From NCBI GenBank assembly GCA_963770565.1, contig CAVYQE010000011.1, positions 160,001 through 224,000 on the forward strand: a stretch of DNA of 64,000 bases, given 5' to 3'. Of the stretch, positions 10,404 through 20,566 are shown one piece after another. The translations under genes and the position numbers were made by a program. The stretch comes from an uncultured Actinomycetota bacterium. Lineage in GTDB: Bacteria > Actinomycetota > Actinomycetes > JAFAQI01. How positions within the stretch are numbered: the stretch's first letter is position 1; every line of letters begins with the position of its first letter. The notes beneath the pieces were generated by a model, which was given only the letters and a program-made list of their open reading frames with translations, ran no database searches and had not been told where the DNA came from.

Positions 10404-11759
10404 TCAGGTCTGATCAGGCGCGATCTCACTGATCGGGTCGGGGGAGATCCGGCCGCCGGTGAGATGGTGCTCGGCCGCCGCCTCGGTCGACGGCGGTGCG
10501 CCGCTCTCGGGATGCTCAGCCCGCCAGCGTCGTACGTCGTAGGACCAGAACCCCGGCAGCGCCGCGGTGAGCGCGGCCACCGAGACGATGCACAGGATCC
10601 CGCCGGAGACCCCGGAGCCTCGGGTGCCGACCAGGCTGACCGCGAGACCCGACTCGACGCCGGCCAGCGAAGGGCCCGAGCTGTAGGAGATCAGCTCGAT
10701 GCTGGCCAGCCGCCCGCGAAGTGAGTCGGGGATGGTGATGTTCCAGATCAACGCCCGGAAGGTGCCCGAGATCATGTCCGCGCCGCCGGCGATCGCGAGC
10801 GACGGCAGCGCGAGCCAGAGCGTCGGCGCTGCCGCGAAGCCGGCGATTCCCGCGCCCCACACCATTGCCGCCACCATCACTGCTCGGCCGTGGTGGTGGA
10901 CGCGTTTGGTCCAGCCGCTCGTGAGGCTGGCCAGCAAGGATCCGAGCGCCGGAGTGGCGTAGAGCACGCCGAGCACGGCCGGACCGCCGAGGCGGGTCGC
11001 GAACGCCGGGAAGAGCGCGAGCGGCATGCCGAAGAACATCGCGGCCATGTCGACCAGGTAGGTGCCGAGTAGCTCCTGGCGGCTGCGGGCGTAGCGCAGG
11101 CCCTCGGCGACCCGCGCCAGGCTCGGCCGTTCCGCGTCCGGCGGCGGCGGCATCGCGGTCATCCGGGCGAGCGCGGTCAGGCTCACCACGAAGGTGGCGA
11201 GGTCGACCCCGTACGCCGCACCGAGGCCCGCAATCGCGATCACTACTCCGCCGAGCGCCGGCCCGGCGAGGGTTGCCGTCGTACTCATCAGGCTCTCGAT
11301 CGCCTGCGTCGCGGGCAGGTCGTTAGTCCCGACGATTCGGGGCACCATCGAGTCGAGGCTCGGTCGCTGCAGCGCGTCCGCGCCCGCCAGGGCGAAGGCC
11401 AGCGCGAAGACCGCGAGCAGGCTCGGATGCGGGACGACCGCGTTGACCAGCAGGCCGGCGCTGGTCACCATCAGCAGGGCCTCGCTGATCCGGACCATCC
11501 GGCGACGGTCGACGGCATCGGCGAGGGCGCCGGCGATGAACGCGACCCCGACGATCGCGACGATCTCGACCAGCCCGATCACCCCGACCATGAGCGACGA
11601 GCGGGTGATCTTGTAGACCTGGTACGGCACCGCGACGCTGGTCACCATGGAGCCGAGGAACGAGACGTTCTGCCCGATCAGCAGGAGCCTCAGCTCCCGG
11701 TAGCGGCGCAACGGCGTGGTGTCGATCGCGAGCGCCCGCAACCACCCCGACGCCGCCAT
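10404..11759 (-). CDS. MFS transporter (EntS/DHA3-like)
   Basis: D.TPLR, GALADAVDRRR and PDSLRGR motifs; 12 TM. Confidence 0.9.
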   Translation of the reverse strand: MAASGWLRALAIDTTPLRRYRELRLLLIGQNVSFLGSMVTSVAVPYQVYKITRSSLMVGVIGLVEIVAIVGVAFIAGALADAVDRRRMVRISEALLMVTSAGLLVNAVVPHPSLLAVFALAFALAGADALQRPSLDSMVPRIVGTNDLPATQAIESLMSTTATLAGPALGGVVIAIAGLGAAYGVDLATFVVSLTALARMTAMPPPPDAERPSLARVAEGLRYARSRQELLGTYLVDMAAMFFGMPLALFPAFATRLGGPAVLGVLYATPALGSLLASLTSGWTKRVHHHGRAVMVAAMVWGAGIAGFAAAPTLWLALPSLAIAGGADMISGTFRALIWNITIPDSLRGRLASIELISYSSGPSLAGVESGLAVSLVGTRGSGVSGGILCIVSVAALTAALPGFWSYDVRRWRAEHPESGAPPSTEAAAEHHLTGGRISPDPISEIAPDQT

Positions 11760-11798
11760 GCCGGCTAGCCCATCACGCCGGATGTCGCGACCGCGTAT

Positions 11799-12248
11799 TC
11801 ATTTCCGGTTGTCGTCGAGCTCCTGGAAGAGGGTGAGCTGCAGACCGGCCGGCGCTTCGAGTCGCGCGTTCAGCGAACGCCACGGCGTCTCGGTGGGCTC
11901 GGCCAGGACCGATGCGCCGGACCGGGCGAGCCGGCGGGTGTGTGCTTCGGCGTCGTCGACCTCGAACGCGATCCGGATGTCGCGGCTGACCTGCCGCCCG
12001 ACTTCGACCTCGTCGATCATCCGGACCTGCGCCTGATTGGCGATCTCGAGGGTGGCGCGACCGGCGTCCAGGATCATCACCCGCGCGTCCCCGTCCCCCT
12101 CGTACGCCGCCTCCTCGGCCAGCCCTAAGGCGTCTCGGTAGAACGCGACCGCTGTGTCGAAGTCGTCGACCCGGACGACCACCCGAAGTTGCCGGACCGG
12201 TGCCGCCGGGTGAGCGGCCATGTGATCGTCAGGATGTCCCGAGCTCAT
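11799..12248 (-). CDS. VOC/glyoxalase family protein
   Basis: AVAFYRDALGL, IAFEVDD and TPWRSLNARL motifs. Confidence 0.85.
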   Translation of the reverse strand: MSSGHPDDHMAAHPAAPVRQLRVVVRVDDFDTAVAFYRDALGLAEEAAYEGDGDARVMILDAGRATLEIANQAQVRMIDEVEVGRQVSRDIRIAFEVDDAEAHTRRLARSGASVLAEPTETPWRSLNARLEAPAGLQLTLFQELDDNRK

Positions 12249-12286
12249 CGATCATCGTTGCCGACCGGCCGCGACCCGCACAACTG

Positions 12287-12452
12287 ACTACGACTTCAGC
12301 GGGGTGCCCACTCCGCCGGTGCACGGGCCGCCGTACTCCGGGGTGTACTTGGCGTTGCTGCGGAACGCGTTGACGAACTGCTGGAGGCGCGGGTCGGTGG
12401 CTGAGGTGACCCGCAGCTGGAAGCCCCACGAGCTGATCATGAGGCGCCATGA
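12287..12452 (-). pseudogene. C-terminal relic of DUF3105-like protein
   Basis: My translation of the minus strand: LMISSWGFQLRVTSATDPRLQQFVNAFRSNAKYTPEYGGPCTGGVGTPLKS*. The 5' part is missing. Confidence 0.6.
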
Positions 12453-12586
12453 CATCCGACGCTATCCAACCGGTCGTCGCGGCCGGGGACGGGGCTTGAT
12501 GCGGTCGATGGATCAGGGGTCGCGCTCGTTTTCGGGCATGATGAGCGCTTGCAGCAGTCATCGGTCGGAGCAAGGCGGTTGCCTGA

Positions 12587-13459
12587 GTGGATTTCCTATA
12601 TGCGGCGTCCTGGGACGAGGCGCTCGCCGCCAAGGCCGACCGTCCTGACTCGGTGCCGATCGCGGGCGGCACCGACCTGATGGTGGAGCTCAACTTCGAC
12701 CGGCGCCGTCCGGACGCCCTCCTCGACCTCAACGGCGTACCGGAACTGCGCGAGTGGGAGCTGGTGGACCATGTTGTGCGGATCGGTGCCGGGGTCCCGT
12801 TCACCCGGATCATCACCGAGATCGGCCCGCTCGCCCCGGGGCTGGCGATCGCGTCCCGGACGGTCGGCTCGCCACAGATCCGCAACCGCGGCACGCTGGG
12901 TGGCCAGCTCGGCACGGCGTCGCCCGCCGGCGATGCCCTGCCGCCGCTGGTCAGCGTCGATGCGCTGGTGGAAGTCGCCTCGGTGCGCGGCGACCGGACC
13001 GTGCCGGTGCGCGAGTTCTTCACCGGCCCCAAGCGCAACGTGCTCGAGTCCGACGAGCTGGTGCGGGCGTTGCGCGTCCCGGTCGCCGACGGGCCGCAGC
13101 AGTTCGCCAAGGTCGGCACCCGCAACGCGATGGTCATTTCGGTGTGCGGGTTTGCCCTTTCGCTCCATCCGATGAGCGGGTTGGTCGGCACGTGCATCGG
13201 CTCGGCCGGCCCGACCGTGCTCCGTGCGCTGGAGGCAGAGCAGTTCCTGCAGGGCGAGCTTGCGGATGGCGGGCTGTGGGAGTCGCGGGCGGGGTTGAAC
13301 GAGCGGCTGGTCGCCCGCTTCGGTGAGCTGGCCGCCCAAAGTGCGCGGCCGATCGACGACGTGCGCGGTACGGCGAGGTACCGGCGGCACGCGGTAGGGG
13401 TGATGGCCAGGCGGACGTTGGGGTGGGCCTGGGCGGAATACCAGGATGCCGCCGCATGA
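12587..13459 (+). CDS. pucC: Xanthine dehydrogenase FAD-binding subunit
   Basis: IAGGTD, QIRNRGTLGG, SPAGD and PIDDVRGTARYRRH motifs. Confidence 0.9.
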   Translation: MDFLYAASWDEALAAKADRPDSVPIAGGTDLMVELNFDRRRPDALLDLNGVPELREWELVDHVVRIGAGVPFTRIITEIGPLAPGLAIASRTVGSPQIRNRGTLGGQLGTASPAGDALPPLVSVDALVEVASVRGDRTVPVREFFTGPKRNVLESDELVRALRVPVADGPQQFAKVGTRNAMVISVCGFALSLHPMSGLVGTCIGSAGPTVLRALEAEQFLQGELADGGLWESRAGLNERLVARFGELAAQSARPIDDVRGTARYRRHAVGVMARRTLGWAWAEYQDAAA

Positions 13460-13938
13460 GGATCACGTTCGAGGTGAATGGAACCACGCAGCACGCGGAT
13501 GACGTGTGGCCGGGAGAGAGCCTGCTGTACGTGTTGCGCGAACGGCTCGGTCTGCCCGGGACCAAGAACGCGTGCGAGCAGGGCGAGTGCGGATCGTGCT
13601 CGGTCTATCTCGACGGCACGCTTGTGTGCGCCTGCCTGGTGGCCGCGCCGCAGGTGCAGGGCCGCGCGGTGCGCACGGTCGAGAGCTTTGCCGGCCCCGA
13701 CCGCCTCGACCCGGTCCAGCAGGCGTTCGTCGATGCGGGCGCCGTGCAGTGCGGGTTCTGCACGCCGGGTCTGATCCTCGCGACCGACGACCTGCTCGCC
13801 CGCAACCCGCAGCCGGCGGATGCCGAGATTCGCGAAGCACTCGCCGGCAACCTGTGCCGCTGCACGGGCTACGAGAAGATCCTGGACGCCGTCCGCCTGG
13901 CGTCGGCTCGGCGATCTGCGGCAGGTGGGCGGCCGTGA
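13456..13938 (+). CDS. pucE: Xanthine dehydrogenase 2Fe-2S subunit
   Basis: CEQGECGSC, QCGFCTPG and NLCRCTGY motifs. Confidence 0.92.
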   Translation: MRITFEVNGTTQHADDVWPGESLLYVLRERLGLPGTKNACEQGECGSCSVYLDGTLVCACLVAAPQVQGRAVRTVESFAGPDRLDPVQQAFVDAGAVQCGFCTPGLILATDDLLARNPQPADAEIREALAGNLCRCTGYEKILDAVRLASARRSAAGGRP

Positions 13939-16319
13939 CCTCGACCGTTGCCCGGCGGTCGGCGCCGACCCTGCCGACCCGCCCGCCGAGTTCCGACCCG
14001 GACGGGGCACCGGCCCGCGGTGGCGTCGGCGAGAGCGTGCTTCGCCCGGACGGAGTCCCCAAGGTCACCGGCGACTTCGCCTACTCCTCAGACCTGTGGA
14101 TGGACGACATGTTGTGGGGCGCGACGTTGCGCAGCCCACACCCGCGGGCGCGGATCCGCAGCGTCAACATCGGGCCAGCCCTCGCGCTGGCCGGCGTCAC
14201 CGCGGTCCTGACTCACGAGGACGTGCCGGGCGCCAAGACCTACGGCCTGGAGATCGCCGACCAGCCGGTGCTGGCGATCGACCAGGTGCGTTATGCCGGT
14301 GAGGCGGTCGCGATCGTCGCCGCCGACCATCCCGAGACTGCTCGGCGAGCGGTCGCGCGGATCGAGGTCGACTACGAAGTACTCGAGCCGGTCAGCGACA
14401 TGACCGCGGCGATGGGGCCGGACTCGCCGCTCGTGCACGACGTACCGACTCAGGAGGAATATCCCGGCGTCGGGAACATCCTGCGGGAGATCCGGATCCA
14501 GCGCGGCGACGCGAACGCGTCGGCCGATGTGACCGTCGTCGGTGAGTACGAAGTCGGCATGCAGGACCAGGCCTTCCTCGGGCCCGAGTCGGGACTGGCC
14601 GTGCCGGCTGAGGACGGCGGGGTTGATCTGTTCATCGCCACCCAGTGGTTGCACGTCGACCAGCGACAGGTGGCCGACGCGCTCGGCCTGCCGCTGGAGA
14701 AGGTGCGGTTGTCACTCGCGGGAGTCGGCGGTGCATTCGGCGCACGCGAGGACGTCTCGATGCAGATCCACGCCTGCCTGCTGGCGCTGCACACCAACCG
14801 GCCGGTCAAGATGGTCTACTCCCGCGAGGAGTCCTTCTACGGTCACGTCCACCGGCACCCGGCGAAGATGCGTTACGAACATGGTGCGAACCGCGACGGC
14901 AAGCTGGTCTACGTCAAGGCGCACATCCTGCTCGACGGCGGCGCGTACGCCTCGAGCTCCCCGGCGGTGGTGAGCAACGCGGCGAGCTTCGCGGTCGGTC
15001 CGTATGAGTGCGGCAACGTCGTGATCGACGGTGCCGTGCTCTACACGAACAACCCACCGTGCGGCGCGATGCGCGGGTTCGGCGCCGTACAGGTGTGCTT
15101 CGGGCACGAGTCGCAGATGGACAAGCTCGCGGCCGCACTGAGAATGGATCCGATCGAGCTCCGGATCCGCAACGCGATGCACGAGGGGTCGCTGATGCCG
15201 ACCGGGCAGGTGATCGAGGGCGCCGCGCCGGTTGCCGAGATCCTCCGCCTGGTCCGCGAGTCGCCGCTGCCGCCGGACGCCGACTGCACCGAAGTGGACC
15301 TGCGGACTATGCCGGGCGGCGTGGCGAACACCACGCACGGCGAGGGCGTGCACCGAGGTGTCGGCTATGCGGTCGGCTTCAAGAACGTCGGGTACTCCGA
15401 AGGTTTCGACGACTTCTCCACCGCTCGGGTGCGGCTGCAGCTGGTCGGCGGCGAGGTGAGCGCAACCGTTCACACCGCGGCCGCCGAGGTCGGGCAAGGA
15501 CTCGTGACGGTCATGGCGCAGATCGCCCGGACCGAGCTCGGCGTCGAGCGGGTCATCAACCATCCGGCCGACACCTCGGTCGGCACGGCTGGCTCGACCT
15601 CCGCTTCGCGTCAGACCTACTGCACCGGCGGTGCGGTCAAGCTGGCCTGCGAGGCGGTGCGCGAGCAGGTGCTGGCGATGGCGTCGAGCAAGCTCGGCCT
15701 GGCGGTCGACGGCGCGACGCTGCAGGGCGGTGACGTCGTCGCGGCTGACGGTCGGTCGCTCGCACCGGTCTCCGCCGTCCTCGGCGAGGACGTCGTCGAG
15801 CAGACCCGGGAGTTCCACCATCGGCCCACCGTTGCGCTCAGTCGCGAACCCGGTGCGGATGGCACGGTCGGGCAGGGCGACGCGCACCTGCAGTTCGCGT
15901 TTGCCGCGCATCGTGTCGTCGCCGATGTTGATGTCGAGCTCGGGCTGGTGCGGCTGGTCGAAGTGACGACCGCCCAGGACGTCGGCAAGGCGCTCAACCC
16001 GCTCTCCGTCGTCGGCCAGATCCAGGGCGGTACGACGCAAGGCATCGGGCTTGCGCTGATGGAGGAGATCCAGGTCCGCGACGGCCTGATCCGCAACCCG
16101 TCGTTCACCGACTACCTGATCCCGACCATCCTCGACACCCCGCCGATGCAGGTCCATGTGCTCGAGCTCGGCGACCCGACCGCGCCGTACGGGTTGCGGG
16201 GGGTCGGCGAGCCGCCGACGATTTCGTCCACTCCGGCGGTCGTGTCGGCCCTGCGCGCGGCCACCGGCCGGCCGCTCACCCGGGTCCCGGTGCAACCCGA
16301 GCACATCACGGGCACCTGA
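13935..16319 (+). CDS. pucD: Xanthine dehydrogenase molybdopterin subunit
   Basis: GGAFGARED, AMRGFG and RGVGEPP motifs; GTGA overlap; purine operon context. Confidence 0.92.
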   Translation: MTSTVARRSAPTLPTRPPSSDPDGAPARGGVGESVLRPDGVPKVTGDFAYSSDLWMDDMLWGATLRSPHPRARIRSVNIGPALALAGVTAVLTHEDVPGAKTYGLEIADQPVLAIDQVRYAGEAVAIVAADHPETARRAVARIEVDYEVLEPVSDMTAAMGPDSPLVHDVPTQEEYPGVGNILREIRIQRGDANASADVTVVGEYEVGMQDQAFLGPESGLAVPAEDGGVDLFIATQWLHVDQRQVADALGLPLEKVRLSLAGVGGAFGAREDVSMQIHACLLALHTNRPVKMVYSREESFYGHVHRHPAKMRYEHGANRDGKLVYVKAHILLDGGAYASSSPAVVSNAASFAVGPYECGNVVIDGAVLYTNNPPCGAMRGFGAVQVCFGHESQMDKLAAALRMDPIELRIRNAMHEGSLMPTGQVIEGAAPVAEILRLVRESPLPPDADCTEVDLRTMPGGVANTTHGEGVHRGVGYAVGFKNVGYSEGFDDFSTARVRLQLVGGEVSATVHTAAAEVGQGLVTVMAQIARTELGVERVINHPADTSVGTAGSTSASRQTYCTGGAVKLACEAVREQVLAMASSKLGLAVDGATLQGGDVVAADGRSLAPVSAVLGEDVVEQTREFHHRPTVALSREPGADGTVGQGDAHLQFAFAAHRVVADVDVELGLVRLVEVTTAQDVGKALNPLSVVGQIQGGTTQGIGLALMEEIQVRDGLIRNPSFTDYLIPTILDTPPMQVHVLELGDPTAPYGLRGVGEPPTISSTPAVVSALRAATGRPLTRVPVQPEHITGT

Positions 16320-16322
16320 GCG

Positions 16323-17561
16323 ATGAGCCTCGATGCCAGCGCCTATCGGCGTCTCGATGCCTCGCTCGAGGCGGTGGACGCGCAGCTGCTGGCCGCCTAT
16401 CCGGGTGACCGCGGCACCCGCCAGCCGGTGCACACCGTCTACGTCCCGGCCGACCGAGTCAGCGCCGGACTGCCGTGGGAGTGGGGTGCCCTGGCTTCGG
16501 CCGCGCTCGACGAGCATCTCCCGGACCCGGCGGCACTCGCCGACCTGCTCGCGGTCGGACCAGGTCTGGCCGCCGAGGTGCTGCCCCGGGTGCGGGCAAA
16601 GCTTGCCACCGAGCCGATCGAGGACCTGCGAGTCGACTTCGAGGACGGCTACGGACCTCGCCCGGACGCCGAGGAGGACGGCGCCGCGAGCACCGCGGCC
16701 GAAGCGCTGGCCGGAACCGACCTGCCGTTCTGCGGGATTCGCTTCAAGAGCCTCGAGCCGGCGACCCGGCGGCGCGGGATCCACACGATCGACCTCTTCC
16801 TAGGCGCGCTGCTCGGCAGCTCGCCGCTGCCGGCCGGCTTCGTCGTCACGCTGCCGAAGGTCACGCATGTCGGTCAGGTGCAGGCATTCGCCGAGGTGTG
16901 TACGGCGCTGGAGGAGGAGCACGGGCTGGCGCCGGGTGCGCTGCGGTTCGAGATCCAGATCGAGACGCCGCAGGCGATTCTCGCGGCCGACGGCACCGCC
17001 GCAGTCGCTCGGATGGTGCACTCGGGCGCCGGCCGGGTGGTCGGCCTGCATTACGGCACGTACGACTACAGCGCGGCGTGCGGGGTGGCCGCGCCGTACC
17101 AGAGCTTGGATCATGCGGTCGCCGACCACGCGAAGGCGGTCATGCAGCTTGCCGCGGCCGGCACCGGCGTGCGCCTCAGCGATGGCTCGACCAACGTGCT
17201 TCCGGTCGGCGATGCGGCCGACATCCGGTCGGCCTGGCGAGTCCATGCCGGCCTCGTCAGGCGTTCGCTGGAGCGGGCCTTCTACCAGGGCTGGGACCTG
17301 CATCCGCTGCAGCTGGTGAGCCGGTACGCCGCGACGTACGCCTTCTACCGGGACGGCATGCCGGTTGCGTGTGACCGGCTGCGGGCCTATCTCGAGCGGG
17401 CCGAGCACGGTGTGCTCGACGAACCGGCGACCGCGCAAGGCATGGCCGCGCTGCTGGTGCGCGGCGTGCAGTGCGGTGCGCTCGACGAGGCCGAAGTGAC
17501 CGAGCGTGCCGGGGTCGGCGTGAGCGAACTTGACGGCTTGTATCGGCGGCAGGTCCGTTGA
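16323..17561 (+). CDS. HpcH/HpaI aldolase/citrate-lyase-like protein (DUF6986-type)
   Basis: RQPVHTVY, DFEDGYG, TLPKV, QIETPQ, GTYDYS and QGWDLHP motifs. Confidence 0.8.
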   Translation: MSLDASAYRRLDASLEAVDAQLLAAYPGDRGTRQPVHTVYVPADRVSAGLPWEWGALASAALDEHLPDPAALADLLAVGPGLAAEVLPRVRAKLATEPIEDLRVDFEDGYGPRPDAEEDGAASTAAEALAGTDLPFCGIRFKSLEPATRRRGIHTIDLFLGALLGSSPLPAGFVVTLPKVTHVGQVQAFAEVCTALEEEHGLAPGALRFEIQIETPQAILAADGTAAVARMVHSGAGRVVGLHYGTYDYSAACGVAAPYQSLDHAVADHAKAVMQLAAAGTGVRLSDGSTNVLPVGDAADIRSAWRVHAGLVRRSLERAFYQGWDLHPLQLVSRYAATYAFYRDGMPVACDRLRAYLERAEHGVLDEPATAQGMAALLVRGVQCGALDEAEVTERAGVGVSELDGLYRRQVR

Positions 17562-17586
17562 CGCGGTCGTCGCAAAGGCTGGGCCC

Positions 17587-18915
17587 GTGAGCCTCGACCT
17601 GCTGGTCCGGGCTCGGCACGCGGTGCTGCCGGACGGCGACCGTGCGTGCAGCCTCGGGGTGCGCGAAGGGCGGATCGTCTCGATCGGGTCGCTGGCCGAC
17701 GCGAGCGCGGCCGCGCAGGTCATCGAGCTGGCTGATGACGAGGTGCTGCTCCCCGGTTTGGTCGACACCCACGTGCACGTCAACGAGCCAGGCCGGACCG
17801 ACTGGGAGGGTTTCGCCTCGGCGACCGCAGCCGCGGCGGCAGGCGGCATCACGACGATCGTCGACATGCCGCTCAACAGCATTCCGCCGACCTGCGACGT
17901 CGCGTCGCTCACCGTGAAGCGCGAGGTTGCGGCCGGCCAGTGTGCGATCGACGTCGGCTTCTGGGGCGGTGCGATCCCGGGAAACCTGGCCGCGCTCCGC
18001 CCGATGTACGACGCCGGGGTGTTCGGGTTCAAGTGTTTCCTGCTGCCGAGCGGGGTCGAGGAGTTCCCACCGCTCGATGACGCCGGGCTGCAGGGCACGA
18101 TGGGCGAGATCGCCTCGTTCGGAAGCCTGCTGATCGTGCACGCCGAGGACGCCGGCATCGTCATCGATGCGCCGCACGACCGCCGCTATGACAGGTTCCT
18201 CGAGTCGCGTCCGGCGGAGGCTGAGAACCGCGCCATCGCCCGGGTGATCGAGCTGTCGCGGACCACCGGCTGCCCGGTCCACGTGTTGCACCTGTCCAGT
18301 GCGGGCGCGCTGCCGATGATCGCTGCGGCCCGGGCGAGCGGGGTCCGGCTGACGGTCGAGACCTGCCCGCACTACCTCTGCTTCGAGTCGGGCGCGATTG
18401 CCGACGGCGCGACACAGTTCAAGTGCTGCCCGCCGATCCGGGACGAGGCGAATCGTGACGCACTCTGGCAGGGGCTGCGGGCGGGCGTGATCGACTGCAT
18501 CGTGTCCGACCACTCGCCGTGCACCGCGGATCTGAAGCGCTTGGACACGGGCGACTTCGGCGCGGCGTGGGGTGGGATCGCGTCAGTCCAGCTCGGCCTG
18601 CCGGCGGTGTGGACCGAGGCGCGCACGCGCGGGTTCGCGGTCGCGGATGTCGTCGGGTGGATGGCGCTGCGCCCGGCCGAGCTGGTCGGGTTGGCGGCCA
18701 AGGGAGCGCTCACGGTTGGGTCTGACGCGGACTTCTCTGTCTTCGCGCCGGATGCGGAGTTCGTGGTGGATGCCGGCCGGCTCGAGCACAAGAACCCGAT
18801 CACCCCGTACGCCGGCCGCACGCTGTCCGGGGTGGTTCGCTCGACCTGGCTGCGCGGCGCGTGTATCAACAGTGACAGCCCCGCGGGTCGCCTGCTGAGC
18901 CGAGGAGAGGCATGA
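17587..18915 (+). CDS. allB: Allantoinase
   Basis: DTHVHVNEPGRT, DMPLNSIP, ETCPHYL, KCCPPIR and SDHSP motifs. Confidence 0.95.
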   Translation: MSLDLLVRARHAVLPDGDRACSLGVREGRIVSIGSLADASAAAQVIELADDEVLLPGLVDTHVHVNEPGRTDWEGFASATAAAAAGGITTIVDMPLNSIPPTCDVASLTVKREVAAGQCAIDVGFWGGAIPGNLAALRPMYDAGVFGFKCFLLPSGVEEFPPLDDAGLQGTMGEIASFGSLLIVHAEDAGIVIDAPHDRRYDRFLESRPAEAENRAIARVIELSRTTGCPVHVLHLSSAGALPMIAAARASGVRLTVETCPHYLCFESGAIADGATQFKCCPPIRDEANRDALWQGLRAGVIDCIVSDHSPCTADLKRLDTGDFGAAWGGIASVQLGLPAVWTEARTRGFAVADVVGWMALRPAELVGLAAKGALTVGSDADFSVFAPDAEFVVDAGRLEHKNPITPYAGRTLSGVVRSTWLRGACINSDSPAGRLLSRGEA

Positions 18916-20051
18916 GCCCAGACGAAGTCGCGCCACCTTACCCACGCGTGCTCCCCGATCTCGCCTCACGGGCACTCGGTGGCAGCGTGATAGATGCCAA
19001 CGACGAGTTCTTCGCCGATCGGGAGAACCTGATCACGCCGGAGCTGCCCACCTTCCACCCGCACACGTTCGGCCGCAAAGGCCAGATCATGGACGGCTGG
19101 GAGACCCGCCGGCGGCGTGCGGTGGGCAGCGACTACGCGATCGTCCGGCTCGGGTGCGCCGGCCTCATCCGGCGAATCGTCGTCGACACCTCTTTCTTTA
19201 CCGGTAACTACCCGCCCGAGGTGTCGATCGATGGGTGCGGGATGGAGGGCTATCCGGCGCCCGCCGCGGTCGCCTCGGCGGACTGGACGTCGATCGTGGC
19301 GCGCAGCCCGATCGCCGGCGACACCGTGAACGAGTTCGAGGTAGCGGCGTCGGAGCGCTTCACGCATGTCCGGCTGACGATCTTCCCGGACGGTGGAGTT
19401 GCGCGCCTTCGGGTGTACGGCGAGATCGTGCCCGACCCGCGGGTGGTGCCGGCCACGTTCGACCTCGCGGCGATCGAGGTCGGTGGGTGGGTCACCGGAT
19501 GCAGCAATCTGTTCTATTCGTCGCCGAACAACCTGATCATGCCCGGCCTGGCCCGATCGATGGGCGACGGGTGGGAGACCTCGCGCCGCCGCGACGACGG
19601 CAACGACTGGGTCGAGGTGCAACTCGGGTGCGCCGGCCGGATCGAGCTCGCCGAGCTCGACACCTCGTGCTTCATCGGCAACGCGCCGGGCTGGGCCAGC
19701 CTCAGCGCCGGCGCGAATTGCGTGTTGCTGGAGCGTGCGGCCCTGACGCCGGACACCCGACACCGGTTCCCGCTGAGCACCGACGCCTTGGTCGAGCAGG
19801 TGCGGATGGATATCTATCCCGACGGCGGGATGGCCCGGCTTCGGCTCTTCGGGACACCGGAGGCGCCGGCGCGCACCGCGCTCGCGCAACGGTTCGTGGC
19901 GAGCCTGCCCGAGCCGCATCTCGTCGATGTTCTGGTTGCGGCCGGAGTGCATCGAGATGAGGCACAACGCATGGCCGGGGCGCGGCCGATCGTGGTGGCC
20001 GAGCTCCCTGACACGGTCCGGAACCGGCTCGCCGGGATCCGCGGCGCGTAA
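18912..20051 (+). CDS. alc: Allantoicase
   Basis: Two repeats of DGWET.RRR / PDGG.ARLR. Confidence 0.95.
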   Translation: MSPDEVAPPYPRVLPDLASRALGGSVIDANDEFFADRENLITPELPTFHPHTFGRKGQIMDGWETRRRRAVGSDYAIVRLGCAGLIRRIVVDTSFFTGNYPPEVSIDGCGMEGYPAPAAVASADWTSIVARSPIAGDTVNEFEVAASERFTHVRLTIFPDGGVARLRVYGEIVPDPRVVPATFDLAAIEVGGWVTGCSNLFYSSPNNLIMPGLARSMGDGWETSRRRDDGNDWVEVQLGCAGRIELAELDTSCFIGNAPGWASLSAGANCVLLERAALTPDTRHRFPLSTDALVEQVRMDIYPDGGMARLRLFGTPEAPARTALAQRFVASLPEPHLVDVLVAAGVHRDEAQRMAGARPIVVAELPDTVRNRLAGIRGA

Positions 20052-20566
20052 TGGCCGACAGCTGGCTGGCCACTCTCAACGACGGCGCCGATGACGAACA
20101 GGTGGCCACGGCGCTGGCTGCATGCTGCAGCTCGCAGCGGTGGGTCGAGCGGGTCCTCGCCGGGCGTCCGTACCCGGATGAGGAGGCCTTGCTGGCGAGC
20201 TCGGATGCCGCGATCGCGTCGCTTGACGACGCCGCGCTCGCCGAGGCGCTCGCCGGGCATCCCCGGATCGGTGCGGCGCCGGCCGGTGCAGCTCATGACT
20301 GGTCGCGACGGGAGCAGTCCGGCGTCAGCTCTGCGCCGGCCGCCGTACTCGAAGACATCGCGGCGGCCAATGCCGACTACGAGCGACGGTTCGGGCAGGT
20401 CTACCTGGTCTGCGCGACCGGGAAGTCCGCCGACGAGCTGCTGGCGATCTGTCGATCACGGCTGGCGAACGATCCGGTCACGGAGGAGGGCGTCGTGCGG
20501 GCCGAGCTGGCCAAGATCACCCGGATCCGGCTGGGCCGGCTGTTGCGCCCTTACGATGCACCGTGA
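20051..20566 (+). CDS. uraD: OHCU decarboxylase
   Basis: HPRIG, SRREQSG, YERRFG..YLVCATG and ELAKI motifs. Confidence 0.93.
   Translation: MADSWLATLNDGADDEQVATALAACCSSQRWVERVLAGRPYPDEEALLASSDAAIASLDDAALAEALAGHPRIGAAPAGAAHDWSRREQSGVSSAPAAVLEDIAAANADYERRFGQVYLVCATGKSADELLAICRSRLANDPVTEEGVVRAELAKITRIRLGRLLRPYDAP

Noticed and set aside
13506-13934. N-terminal extensions in the ORF track (pucD, 21447, 36320, 27514, 42562 and others) suggesting fusions
   Set aside because: They overlap upstream genes or spacers; coupled starts or SD sites give normal-length proteins.
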